This document shows, piece after piece, positions 26,087 through 39,017 of a stretch of DNA of 64,000 nucleotides (position 1 is its first letter; each line of letters starts with the position of its first letter). The stretch comes from Octopus sinensis (Eukaryota). A model generated the notes under the pieces. The model saw only the letters and a program-made list of their open reading frames with translations, ran no database searches and had not been told where the DNA came from. The stretch spans positions 123,690,001 to 123,754,000 of the forward strand of contig NC_043001.1 in assembly GCF_006345805.1 (NCBI RefSeq), read 5' to 3'. Both the position numbers and the translations under genes were made by a program.

Positions 26087-27222
26087 GATGACGGTGATGA
26101 TAAGGAGGAGGATGTTGGTGATGCAGAAGATAAGAATAAAACTAATTAAAGAAACTTCTAGAAATAAAGACATTTGGATCAATGTTTTAACCATATTTAA
26201 TCTGTTAGTATCCTATAGGACGTTACACTAAATCCTATTCTTCAAATGACGCTCACCCAACCACCACTAACAACACTATCAACAACAACAACAACAACAA
26301 CAATTAGTGCTAACAAAATGAGACTTTGTGAAAATCATATCCATTGATGACTGTGTGGTAAGAAGTATGCTTCTCAAACACATGGCCTCGGGTTCAGTCT
26401 CACTTATATACCTTGGGCAAGTGTCTACTTCTAGGTGATATGCTAACTGATAGATGAAGCACCTTGTGAGTGGATTTGATAAACTGAAAAAAGACCGTCG
26501 CATGTATATATATATACAGTTGAGAAGTTAGATATTATATATAGGTTGAGAAGTTAGATATTAATTTAATTAACATCGATTTCACACCAGTGGTCTAGCA
26601 TATAAAAAAACTGAAGGTTCATTAAAATTGTACATATTAGAGGGAAACTACTATGTGGACATGCTTATGCTAGAAATAGATCCGCTATGGCCTTACCACT
26701 AAGAAATATTCTCAAGAAAAATTTAGCCAGACAACCAAAACGTAATCGAGCAAGACAAAAGAAAAAGCAATAAAAATATGGATTATTCGCATACATGTTT
26801 CAGCATTAACATATTACATAATATTACTTACATAAATGTCCGTAGATCATCGGTGCGACCGTCCAGACGAATATAATTTGCAGGACTGCATACTAAGCCG
26901 TCCGCACAATGTCAGACCTGCAAACAGTTCTACTCATTATACTCGTGGTTACTATTTCAAATGTCCTCGATTTGACAGAGTTGTATTTATTTATCACCCG
27001 ACGAGATACGCCTGTACCGCCGGATGCTCCTGAACCAGTTATTGAGTGTCACATCCAGGAGAGATCGATGCTAGATGTGTCGAAACAATTGTCATGATTA
27101 ATGATAAATTGTCGTATATCCATCTTCCGTCTTTCCTTAGCGATATATATATATATATATATATATATAATAATATACATACATACATATATATATATAT
27201 TATATATATATATATATATATA

Positions 27223-27287
<65 letters not shown>

Positions 27288-27671
27288 CTTGCGATTTGGC
27301 TTCCAATACATTTAAACATTCAGTATTCTGATCGGGAATCAATGCTTTATTTCATGGTAGACGTTAGTTAATGTAGCGGAGAGACGGACAAATAAATAAA
27401 TAAAAAAAAAGAAGTAAAATAAAAATATCTGATGTAGCGTAAAGGTGAATCAATGAACTTCATCGAAGAATACATTAATAATTAAATAAATAAAATAACA
27501 TAAATAACACAAAATAAAGAAGGTTAAAGGAGCAACAATAACACTAATTTGGTGAGTGTGACTAGTTTTAATGCAATCATTATATTTTTAAGGATTTCAT
27601 TTTATGGCCGTGTTCGACGTTAACCACACATTACTGTCTTGTCGAATATCAGATATTTTTTCTTGATGTGT

Positions 27672-27746
27672 TAATAAACGACGTCAGTACTGTCTTTTAC
27701 ATGGCGCTTTGAATTTATACATACACACATATATACGTACGTAGAG

Positions 27747-27780
<34 letters not shown>

Positions 27781-27838
27781 TGTATGTATGTATAAATTCA
27801 GACCGTCATATAAAAGACAGTACTGACGTATTTTATTA
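27672..27838. repeat. ~53-bp imperfect inverted repeats flanking a (TATG)n tract; MITE-like
   Basis: TAATAAA..ACGTCAGTACTGTCTTTTA.ATG.CG..TGAATTTATACATAC and its reverse complement. Confidence 0.8.
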
Positions 27839-27856
27839 CACATACATTTATGTATA

Positions 27857-27899
<43 letters not shown>

Positions 27900-27996
27900 A
27901 TATAAAAAAGTATTTTCAAAGTTGAACAACTTTTTTCTCTTACGAGGTTTTTCACGCTAACTACTTGATCATTTCTTATAAAGATTTTATCCTATT

Positions 27997-28043
<47 letters not shown>

Positions 28044-28103
28044 CTGTGTGTGTGTATATATATATATGTATGGCATAAATATATATATATGTATATATAT
28101 ATA

Positions 28104-28546
28104 AATTAACAGAATGAGATAAAAATCCAAGGCTGTGAAAGATTTCTGAACATTTATATATAGGTCTTACAGCTGTTTCCGGGATATTTTATATATCCCT
28201 TCATCGGAGGCAATGTGAGAAGATGGTTAAGCAATAGTTATTCTAGATAAGATATGAAATAGAGAGTGTAGTGGAGGAATGAAAATCGACGTGAGATATG
28301 CAGGGATATTGTATCTTTAGTGTTATTATTTAGGCAGAATGGTATACATTTAAGATTCCTTTACCTACCAATAATATTTAAAAATGTATTTCATATCGTA
28401 TCTAGAATAACTATTGCTTAACCATTTTCTCACACCGTCTCCGATGAAGGGATATATCAAATATCCCGGAAACAGCTGTAAGACCCTCCATTTTTAAATG
28501 TTCTGAAATCTTTCACACCTTTGGATTTTTATCTCATTCTGTTAAC
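28104..28546. mobile_element. inverted pair of PLE-type terminal repeats, each arm with an HHR motif
   Basis: 28104-28260 is the reverse complement of 28387-28546; same family at 47430-47720; (TA)n flanks. Confidence 0.85.
28437..28484 (+). ncRNA. minimal type I hammerhead motif (U4C core)
   Basis: GUCU-CCGAUGA-A-GGGAUA(7 nt)UAUCCC-G-GAAAC-AGCU-GUA|AGAC: 4-bp stem I, 6-bp stem II, palindromic stem III. Confidence 0.7.
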
Positions 28547-28667
28547 TTTTTTTATATATAGACATGGTGATATATGACCTACGTTGGATTCCTCATTCGC
28601 ATATTCACCGAATCTGGACCTTAACTATAGTATGTACATAGCACTTAAAAACCATTACTTGACACCT

Positions 28668-28711
<44 letters not shown>

Positions 28712-28879
28712 ATATATATATAATATATATTAAAAATTAATTAAAGATAATTTCAGTGAACTCAATGCGTTCAAGTCATATATATAAACATCTTATACAA
28801 ATATATGTCGTTTTGCCTTAACAGCCGGTGCAGACGGTTTCAGTATGTGAAAACCCCCACCTGTTTAAGCAGGTGGATG

Positions 28880-29290
28880 ATATGTCACTTTGTTATAGGT
28901 GTGAAGTGACTGGCTCCCCAAACCACAACAGTGTTTATTTAAGGTGGTAGTTTCAAGTGGCTTCTCTAGTACATAGAGACTGTAACAGTCCTTGTCAGTT
29001 ACGGTCACGTTGATGTAGTGAAAACTCAGTGACATCAGATGGTCAGTGAAAAACACACCATGTGTCTAAACCAGGCGGGTTGTTAATGTCACATAGTCAT
29101 CGGTGGGCTCACGTGTGAGTGGTGTAAATCCAAAAGAGAGTGAGATCGTTTTGCTCTCATGTGTTATTCTCCTTGCCTGAGGTTACCGTGGTCTTTTCCG
29201 TAGGCTTTTCTTTCCACCCTAACCGTAATCTATTTTACATTTTTATCCGCCTTATTTTGCTGCTTACACATCCCAAACGGTTTCGATACC
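28880..29290 (-). mobile_element. possible decayed PLE endonuclease 3' fragment
   Basis: Minus frame FTDHLMSLSF..INV..D.D..LY.LE...TTL...GL loosely resembles a GIY-YIG C-terminus. Confidence 0.3.
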
Positions 29291-29374
29291 ATTTGATCGT
29301 TTTTTTTTTTTCGTAAAGAAAAGTTCTACATTGTATTATTTCCTCTGCGTTCGACCCTGCGTGGCTAATAAAGA

Positions 29375-29375
<1 letters not shown>

Positions 29376-29439
<64 letters not shown>

Positions 29440-29504
29440 GTCTATCTGCCTGTCTGCCTGTCTGTCTGTCTCTCTGTCTCTTTGTCTGTCTATCTATCTA
29501 TCTA

Positions 29505-29551
<47 letters not shown>

Positions 29552-29563
29552 ATATCTATCTAT
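29376..29563. repeat. (TATC)n/(TGTC)n microsatellite
   Basis: Direct reading. Confidence 0.97.
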
Positions 29564-29858
29564 GTAACAGTTGACATATCACCTTATCAACGTCAAATTT
29601 TCATAACTATACCTATACTGGATCCACCAATTTCTTACTTTGTCTAGGAGTGAAGGTAGTTATACGCTTTAGAGTTAATTTCAATTCCGACCTATCAAAT
29701 TATGGAATCGACAATCCTTATATTCTCTGTGTATTTTCAGACTCTTCATATATTCCTTCGTTTAATTGCCTTTCTCTTTTTCCCTTTCTCTTTTCCCCTT
29801 ACTCCATTTCTCAATCTGATTTTGTATCCACTGCATCTTTCTTCCACTCTCTACTTTG

Positions 29859-29889
<31 letters not shown>

Positions 29890-29971
29890 GTACGTATGCA
29901 TGTATATACATATATATGTATATGTAAGTATACATCTATATAATGTATATATATGCACATGCATAGATGCA

Positions 29972-30023
<52 letters not shown>

Positions 30024-30404
30024 CACATACATTCACTGCCCTCTATTTCAGCACGTTCTTTAGAATTCTCTTCACTTTATCTAAATGACAATACCGCACC
30101 ATTCATTAATATGTGCTTCAAGTCACCTAGCTAACCTCAAAGCGTGCATTAAGTTGTCACATTTCAGCTCAATAACTTGAAATTACCTACTTTGTCGTTT
30201 TGTTAGCAAAATCAAATACCACCCTCTGTAATTACGACACACTACTATCAAGATTTTGGTTATTAGGTTTTTCTTCCGTAGTAAAACTTGTCTCAACGTA
30301 ATCGTTCTAATGTGACAAGCTTTCATCTGCTGGACTTAAAATCGATCTTTTCCCACCGGCGATGAGACACGGAGTTGAAAGAAAGAGAATAGTAAAATAA
30401 TACT

Positions 30405-31680
30405 TTAAAACACAGAAAGGGTCGCTTCTGTTGATACATTATCACTTGGCTTGCAAGATATATCTCATATATCATCCTCGTATTACATCACACATTGAAT
30501 ACAGAAGAATATATCTATACTGGACGCCTACCAAGTAAGATCTAGAATGCATAGATGGTCGGTTGGCATCCTTTTTGTCTCGGGAGACAATGGAGTTGCG
30601 CATAAAATAGTCTAGTCCGGCTTTTACATTTTGGACTAGACTACTTTAATAATTTAAAACACAGAAAGGGTCGCTTCTGTTGATACACTATCACTTGGCT
30701 TGCAAAATATATCTCAAATATCATCCTAGTATTACATCACGCCTTGAATAGAGAAGAATATAACTATACTGGACGCCCACCAAGTAATATCTAGAATGCA
30801 TAGATGGTTGGTTGGCATCCTTTTTGTCTCGGGAGACAATGGAGTTACGCATAAAGTAGTCTAGTCCGGCTTTTACATTTCGGACTAGACTACTTTAATA
30901 ATTTAAAACACAGAAAGGGTCGCTTCTGTTGATACACTATCACTTGGCGTGCAAGATATATCTTATATATCTATTTCTATTTCTTTATTACCCACAAGGG
31001 GCTAAACATAGAGGGGACAAACGAGGACAGACATAGGTATTAAGTCGATTACATCGACCCCAGTGCGTAACTGGTACTTAATTTATCGACCTCGATAGGA
31101 TGAAAGGCAAAGTCGACCTCGGCGGAATTTGAACTCACAACGTAACGGCAGACCAAATACCGCTAAGCATTTCGCCCGGCGCGTTAACGTTTCTGCCAGC
31201 TCGCCACCTTAATGGAGTTGCGCATAAAGTAGTCTAGTCCGGCTTTTACATTTCGGACTAGACTACATTAATAATTTAAAACACAGAAAGGATCGCTTCA
31301 GTTGATACACTATCACCTGGATTGCAAGATATATGTCATATATCATCCTCGTATTACATCACGCCTTGAATAGAGAAGAATATAACTATACTGGACGCCC
31401 ACCAAGTAAGATCTAGAATGCATAGATGGTTGGTTGGCATCCTTTTTGTCTCGGGAGACAATGGAGTTGCGCATAAAGTAGTCTAGTCATCTTTTACATT
31501 TCGGACTAGACTACATTAATAATTTAAAACACAGAAAGGGTCGCTTCAGTTGATACACTATCACCTGGATTGCAAGATATATGTCATATATCATCCTCGT
31601 ATTACATCACACCTTGAATACAGAAGAATCTAACTATACTGGACGCCCACCAAGTAATATCTAGAATGCATAGATGGTTA
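30405..31680. repeat. 249-bp tandem satellite (about 5 units) with internal hairpins, interrupted by a SINE
   Basis: TTAAAACACAGAAAGG starts at 30405, 30654, 30903, 31276 and 31524. Confidence 0.95.
30970..31210 (-). mobile_element. SINE family B inserted in the 249-bp satellite
   Basis: Full family B consensus from GGTGGCGAGCTGGCAGAAACG to the ATAAAGAAATAG tail. Confidence 0.92.
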
Positions 31681-31790
31681 GGCTTCATATTTCCCCACTA
31701 AACTATCAAATCAAAGGGACCCTTATTTTATACTTGGCCAGTAAACCGTGGAATCAAAAAGTGCTCTTACTTTATAATTGTTCCCTACAC

Positions 31791-32207
31791 TCTCTTTTAC
31801 TCTTTTACTCTTTTACTTGTTTGAGTCATTTGACTGCGGCCATGCTGGAGCACCGCCTTTAATCGAGAAAATCGACCCTGGGATTTATTCTTTTGTAATC
31901 CCAGTACTTATTCTATCGGTCTCTTTTGCCGAACCGCTAAGTGACGGGGACATAAACACACCAGCATCGGTTGTCAAGCAATGTTTGGGAGACAAAGACA
32001 CACAAACACATACACGCTATATATATATATATATATACATATAAAAGATGGGCTTCTTTCAGTTTCCGTCTACCAAATCCACTCACAAGGCTTTGGTCGG
32101 CTCGAGGCTATAGTAGAAGACACTTGCCCAATGTGCCACGCAGTGGGATGAACCCGGAACCATGTGGTTGGTAAACAAGCTACTTACCATACAGCCACTC
32201 CTGCGCC
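31791..32207 (-). mobile_element. SINE family A
   Basis: Near-intact reverse copy of 16820-17210. Confidence 0.92.
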
Positions 32208-32701
32208 TAGTTAGTCCTGTAATGAAAAAAACAAACAAACCTCAAATAGCTAAAATTTCAACCAAAATTGAGATTTGCCTTTAGACTTATGTAAATCTAA
32301 CGTTACATGCTTGCATAATATGTAAAATGACGTGTCTTTACATATATCTGTATATTGATCCATTTACATTGCTTCGATTAAATCTTATCCTGCCTTCAGT
32401 ACAGATCTGTTTTTTCTTACATATATCTTAGCAACAAAATGCACAGTTTCGTAATTAATTATATTTGTTACCAGCGCGCACATTAATGCCATGCAAATTG
32501 AAATTTACAATCTACAGACAGAAGTGTATTTGGAGATTATTATCTTGCCATTAGTTGCGTTAAAACTCGATTCAGTTCGCTCACAATTCTTCAAATCCTC
32601 AGAAGAATGTTTGCGTTTGACTATATAACTTGCACTATCAATTGAATCTGGGTTTAATTCCGACCCACCATTTATATACATATACACACACACATATATA
32701 T

Positions 32702-32771
<70 letters not shown>

Positions 32772-33003
32772 GTCTATATATATATATATATATATGTGGT
32801 GTGTGTATATATATATATATGGAGAGAGAGAGAGAGAGCAAGAGAGAAGGAAAGAAAAGAACGAGAAAGAGAGAGAAAGAAAGAGAGAGATAATAGTTCA
32901 AATAAACCGAAAAAGCCTTGGGTTTTAATGTACACAACATATATACATGCATACACGTAAAATGGGAAGGCAAAATCAAAATTTTCAGATGATAAACAAT
33001 ATA

Positions 33004-33034
<31 letters not shown>

Positions 33035-33038
<4 letters not shown>

Positions 33039-33147
33039 CGGGAAGGTTTACGAAAATAAACAAAAGACGAAGGCAGGTGGAGTACAAACAAACAAATGTA
33101 TTAGTATAGCGCTTAGGAATAGAAATAGAAAAAGTCTTTTGCGTTAA
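33035..33147 (-). mobile_element. 5'-truncated PLE terminal fragment between (TA)n tracts
   Basis: Homologous to 42105-42215; homology stops at the HHR stem III. Confidence 0.75.
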
Positions 33148-34744
33148 ATATATATATATATATATATTGGATCATTATCTCCATATTTGCTCACTTGGAT
33201 TCTCTTATAGCCACTATTCACCCCGATGACTCGTTAAAGATACTGGAGAGTATGCTTCAATTATTTGAGCGCTACAAATGTGTTTTATATATTGAAATTC
33301 TCTTGATCTCATCTGTTGACTCTCTAAATATCCATAATTCAGTTCATTTTTTTAAATAATGTATCTCGAAAAATATGTTATAAATTATTGCCTATAACTA
33401 ATGGATTAAAATACAATTTTAGATAGAAAAATTCGAGGGCCACCATGAAACTCGAGATCAGAGCTTCTGTTATCATGATAGGTGTTCTACCATTGAACCA
33501 AAGCAATCTTTCGAATTTATCCAGTTTAAAATCAATATACTTACTAGCGAGAATTGTATGCTGTTCGCCTCATAAGAATTTATAAACTGTGGAGCGAACG
33601 TAAAATAATTTTTTTTAGAACGGTGGATTTCGCAGCGCATAATGATAGAAATAATAGTATCAGAATATTGGGTATGTTCAGGCTTGAAGCGATATCTGCA
33701 CGAAAGATTTATTTTGTGGAAGACTAGTAGTTACGACTTCAATCAAGTCTGCTCTTTCCACACCATCGATGTTATTCAAGGGAAGGTCGTTGCTTCAGGG
33801 TCGCTACTCCGAGTTCCTAGTTCTAAATCCGATGTGATGATGTAGTAATTTCTTAGTGCTTGTGTTAGATAATTCAGCCTTACTCTATGAAACACACATA
33901 AGAATCAAATAACACGAATCATTTTCGTTGTTTCTTCTTTCCAAATAGAAACGATTTATAAACACCGGTTGTATGTCGTGTACTATAGTCAACAATTTAC
34001 ACATACGCGCGCGACCAAATGTACAAGCACACGCATACATACACACACAGTCACACACGCTCGCGTACGCACATATACACAGTAATACAATAGGTGTCTA
34101 CTCAGTTTCCGTGTACCAAGTTCCACTGACAAAATGTTGGACAACAAAGGATTATTGTAGAAGTCATTTGTCAACTATGCCGCACAAAACAACTTGGATC
34201 CGAAGCGAATTTCTCGACCACAGTATACATCAAAATATGATCTTACAAATGTGTTTAAAAAATTATAGATAATGCAGCACATTTGCGAAGGTTTTAAAAC
34301 TAAATTTACACTCGTTTCTGTCATGGTCGTAAAATAATAAACAGTATAAAATAGTTTAAGTACAATATTACTATTCTTAGCAAGCATGTGTTTCTTGGTA
34401 TAAATTACAATGAATGTCAGTCTATCTTTCTGCTTTCTCCAGCAAAAACATGGTGTCACCAGTGGTTAATGAAATCAGCTCGTATTTAGAATTAACGATA
34501 GGTTATTTCAGCCTATCTATGTCGACTGTGCATATCACAAATTTGTGGTCTGTGTAGCCGACGACTTTGAACTGTGAACAACCTATGCTACTTCGATCAA
34601 CTGGCCTACAGAGTATCCTATCTAAATACAATATGAAAGACCCAGTGCTGTTTGTCCATGTCCACATTGGCGCATTTGGGAAATGAAAATAATGAGAACT
34701 TACGTCGAGCCTTCAAAGACACGCCTCCGTGCTCCGCAGTAAAT

Positions 34745-34945
34745 ATAATAATGTTAATAGTTTCAAATTGTGGCACAAGTCCACCAATTTCGACACCAGC
34801 ACTCAACTGGCAATTATTTTATCGACCTCGAGAGGACGAAAGGCCAAGTAAATCTCTGCAGTATTTGAACTCAGAACGTAAAGACAAGCAAAATGATTCT
34901 AGTCATTTTGCCCGGCGTGCTAACGATTCTGCCATCAATCCGCCT
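34745..34945 (-). mobile_element. degenerate SINE family B
   Basis: Family B motifs. Confidence 0.7.
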
Positions 34946-35014
34946 TAAATGATAATAATAATTATTATTATAATTTTTGTTCTGTTCATCTTATTACTTT
35001 AATTACCATTATTG

Positions 35015-35066
35015 CTGTTGTTGTTGTTGTTGTTATTATTATTATTATTATCATTATTATTATTAA

Positions 35067-35127
<61 letters not shown>

Positions 35128-35301
35128 TTATTATTTATTATTATTATTATTTTATTAATATTATTATTATATTATTATTATTATTATTTATTATTATTGT
35201 TATTATTATTATAATTGCTGTTATTGTTATTATTATTATTATATTATTATTTTATTATTATTATTATATTGTTTTATTTTATTATTATTATTATTATTAT
35301 A

Positions 35302-35344
<43 letters not shown>

Positions 35345-35380
35345 TATTATTAGTAGTAGTAGTAGTAGTAGTAGTATATG
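35015..35380. repeat. (TTA)n/(GTA)n microsatellite
   Basis: Direct reading. Confidence 0.97.
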
Positions 35381-35902
35381 CTACAACATCAATTATAAAT
35401 AGGTAGTTTTATGTTACTGAAATTATAACTCTTTAATGCACCAATCAGGCTTCTTTTATTATTCATATATTCCTAATAATATTAACTGTTAATAATATTT
35501 CAGCACATATCTATAGAGAAAAAAAAAACCCTGAAATATAAAGCATATTTAAATATAGAAGTAAAAAAAAAATGACAAAACTGTAATTTTATGATGAAAT
35601 TATCTTTACAATTTTATGAATTTTAGTTTGTGCAATGTTCTGTGATAATGACCATTATTTCATAAAGACATCGGATAACTCTTACACATATACTGATACA
35701 TAAACTGATATGTTTGGTTGTAGTTTTCGTACTTGTAGTAACTAACATATTCATGCAGTCATATCCTCACACGTTCAGTTACATTTGTATGTATATACGT
35801 GTATAGGTATCTATATGCATATATGCGTACCCCCACACACATATAAACACACACACATATATATATATATATTTATTCATATATATGTATGTTGTATATT
35901 AT

Positions 35903-35965
<63 letters not shown>

Positions 35966-36024
35966 CATGCAAACATATTATATATATATATGTATATAAC
36001 ACATGAAAATATTTTGTGTAACCT

Positions 36025-36064
36025 ACCTACCTACCTATCTATCTATCTATCTATTTATCAATCA

Positions 36065-36098
<34 letters not shown>

Positions 36099-36199
36099 TA
36101 TCTATCTATTATATATCTATCTATCTATCTATCTATCGAACTATCTACCTCTGTATGTATTTATCTATTTGTCTATCTCTCTCTCTCTCTCTATCTATG

Positions 36200-36275
<76 letters not shown>

Positions 36276-36345
36276 GAACTATCTACCTCTGTATGTATTT
36301 ATCTATCTGTCTATCTATCTATCTATCTATCTCTCTATCTGTATG
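36025..36345. repeat. (TATC)n compound array with duplicated CTATCGAACTATCTACCTCTGTATGTATTTATC spacer
   Basis: Spacer seen at ~36132 and ~36271. Confidence 0.92.
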
Positions 36346-36538
36346 TATACGTAAGTATATACTGTTAATGTTTGTTTTTGTGCATAATTATATATTAAAG
36401 ATGTTGGACATTAAATTGAAGGGTTGTACAGTACTAAGAAACTGTGTAGTCGAAACTTTGAAGTAACTTCAGCCCTTACCTTCCAGATATCTGTGTGTGT
36501 GTGTCAGCGTTCGTGTTCGTGGGTTTGCGCGGGTGTGT

Positions 36539-36591
<53 letters not shown>

Positions 36592-37062
36592 TGTATGTGT
36601 GTGTGTAAAGTTACTTTCATAACGAATGATTTAGAATAATAATATCATAGCCGAATATAGTGCTTTAATTCGGCTATTTCAGGTGTCCTTTAGCGAGGGT
36701 TACTAGAAGTTTCCCGTATATGCTTTTTTTCTCCAGACAGGAAGCAGTTATTTTTTTACAGTGCCTTAAAACTTCATCATTCAAACAAAAAGAAAGCTCA
36801 GATCTATAGAGAATGGGAGAGAAAGGTTTATGCGTCATTTTTTGAAATCACACATAAACTCAAGTTTATTCTTATCCGTCCGGGAAAAAAGCTGGAAAAA
36901 ATTCTCATTTTCTAACTTTTCTGGGAATAATTAGTAAAATACCTTGTCAGACAAATTGAACGCACAGTACTGAATCACCTAAATCTATAATGAACAATAT
37001 ATCTAAATTTACATTTATCTGAAACTTCCGCAATTAGTCTATCTGTCTGTCTGTCAGTCTGT

Positions 37063-37194
<132 letters not shown>

Positions 37195-37209
37195 ACTATC
37201 TATCTGTAT

Positions 37210-38476
37210 GTGTACAATTTATAATGAACGTTAAGTCGCTTTTTGTCAGGAGGCACTAAGTCAATTGTTTTGAAACGTAGCATATACTGATGTCATACTC
37301 ATACCTAACACTATTATCGTTACCTTTTCAGAAACTTTTGCCCATATGAGTAATTAGGGAAGCAAACGTCAAAGATTGTGTGATTTGCTGAATGCACTCG
37401 TCACACCAAAGGAGATTTCAAGGATAGTTGGAGTGTCCATAAAGACTGTTTATAATGTAAAGAATAGAATGACTATGAGCAAAACTATTACGAGGAAGTC
37501 TGGAAGTGGAGGAATTAACAAAAAACGTACCAAAGCTTTTATTAAAGCTCTCAAATCCAAAATTCTAAAGGATCCAACCAAATCCATGAGAAAAATGGCA
37601 ATTGAACTTGTGGTAGAAAACAAGACCATTAGAAATGCAGTAAAATATGATTTGAGGTTAAAATCTTACACAAGAACACCAAAACATTTGTTGACAACAG
37701 CTATGAGGGAAAAGAGATTGGAGAGGTGCAATAAAATTGTTACATGGTTCAAGAAAATGTCCTCCATTGTAACAATCTTTTCAGATGAAAAGATCTTCAC
37801 TGTCGATGCTGTTCTGAACCGCAGATATGACAGATTTATTGCAAAATCAACAGCTGAGGTTAAGGGGACATTCAAAACAAAACATCCTGCACAAGTTATG
37901 GCTTTTGGTGTTGTGGCTTCCGATGGAAAGAAAATGCCTATAAAATTCTACAAAGCTGATGAAAAGATCAATGTTCATACTTACTACAAGACTCTGAGAT
38001 ACCAGGTATTGCAATGACTTAAAGTAAACTACCCAGATAGTAATTACGTATGGACATAGGATGGTGCTCCAGCCCACACAGCCAGAAAAATACAAGATTT
38101 CTGCAAATTCAACTTTAGCGATTTTTGGGAATCATGTTTATGGCCGCCTTCTAGCCCAGATCTAAACCGTCTGGATTATGCTATTTGGGGCGTTTTAGAA
38201 CATGCTACCAATAGAACATCACACAGCACTGTCGACTCTCTTAAAGATACTATTACAGAAGAATGGGAGAAGTTGTCTCCCGAATATTTGAGGAACACTT
38301 GTACAAGTTTTAGGAAGCGTGTGAAGGCAGTTATTGAGATAGAAGGAGGACACATAGAATAAAAACATTTTCTATTATGTAAATTTTCTTGTGGCAAATA
38401 AATTCTCATAACTTTCAATAAAATAACTGGTCATACACTGTCTTCAAAACACTGTAAATTTTGCTTCCTCACCCTG
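37210..38476 (+). mobile_element. DD37D/maT transposon; right TIR present, left TIR not recognisable
   Basis: Ends ..TAAATTTTGCTTCCTCACCCTG followed by TA. Confidence 0.8.
37346..38362 (+). pseudogene. maT-type (DD37D) transposase pseudogene, colinear frame with three stops
   Basis: IFSDEKIF..; *DGAPAH..WPPSSPDLNRLDY gives 37 aa between the 2nd and 3rd D; in-frame TAG at 37355, TGA at 38015 and TAG before DGAPAH; no frameshift seen. Confidence 0.93.
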
Positions 38477-38504
38477 TATATATATATATATATAACACAT
38501 ATAT

Positions 38505-38688
38505 GGCGTAGGAGTGGCTGTGTGGTAAGTAGCTTGCTTACGAACTACATGGTTCCGAGTTCAGAACCACTACGTGGCCCCTTAGGCAAGCGTCTTCTAC
38601 TATAGCTCGGGCCAACCAAATCCTTGTGAATAGATTTGGTACACGGAAACTGAAAGAAGCCCGCCATATGTGTATATATATATATGTG

Positions 38689-38723
<35 letters not shown>

Positions 38724-38968
38724 ATGTATATATAAATGTATGTATGTAAGTATGTATATGTTTGTGAGTCTGTGTTTGTCCCCCCCCCCGCCAACATCGC
38801 TTGACAACCTATGCTGGTGTGTTTACGCCCTCGTAACTTAGCGGTTCGGCAAAAGAGACCGATAGAATAAGTACTAGGCTTACAAAGAATATGTCCTGGA
38901 GTCGATGTGCTCGACGAAAGGCGGGGCTCCAACATGGCTACAGTGAAATGACTGAAACAAGTAAAAAG
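38505..38968 (+). mobile_element. SINE family A
   Basis: Family A consensus. Confidence 0.9.
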
Positions 38969-38974
38969 TTTATA

Positions 38975-39017
<43 letters not shown>

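Noticed and set aside
26909-27097. 62-aa ORF with a hydrophobic N-terminus; also GAAAC-AATT-GTC half-hammerhead at ~27080
   Set aside because: No splice or family support for the ORF, and no CUGANGA core upstream of the half motif; probably decayed repeat.
30405-31680. Ribozyme within the 249-bp satellite (GAAAGGGTC..CTGTTGA; HDV-like TCCTCGT)
   Set aside because: Stems I/II (HHR) and P3/P1.1 (HDV) could not be formed by eye; a covariance-model search is needed to exclude this formally.
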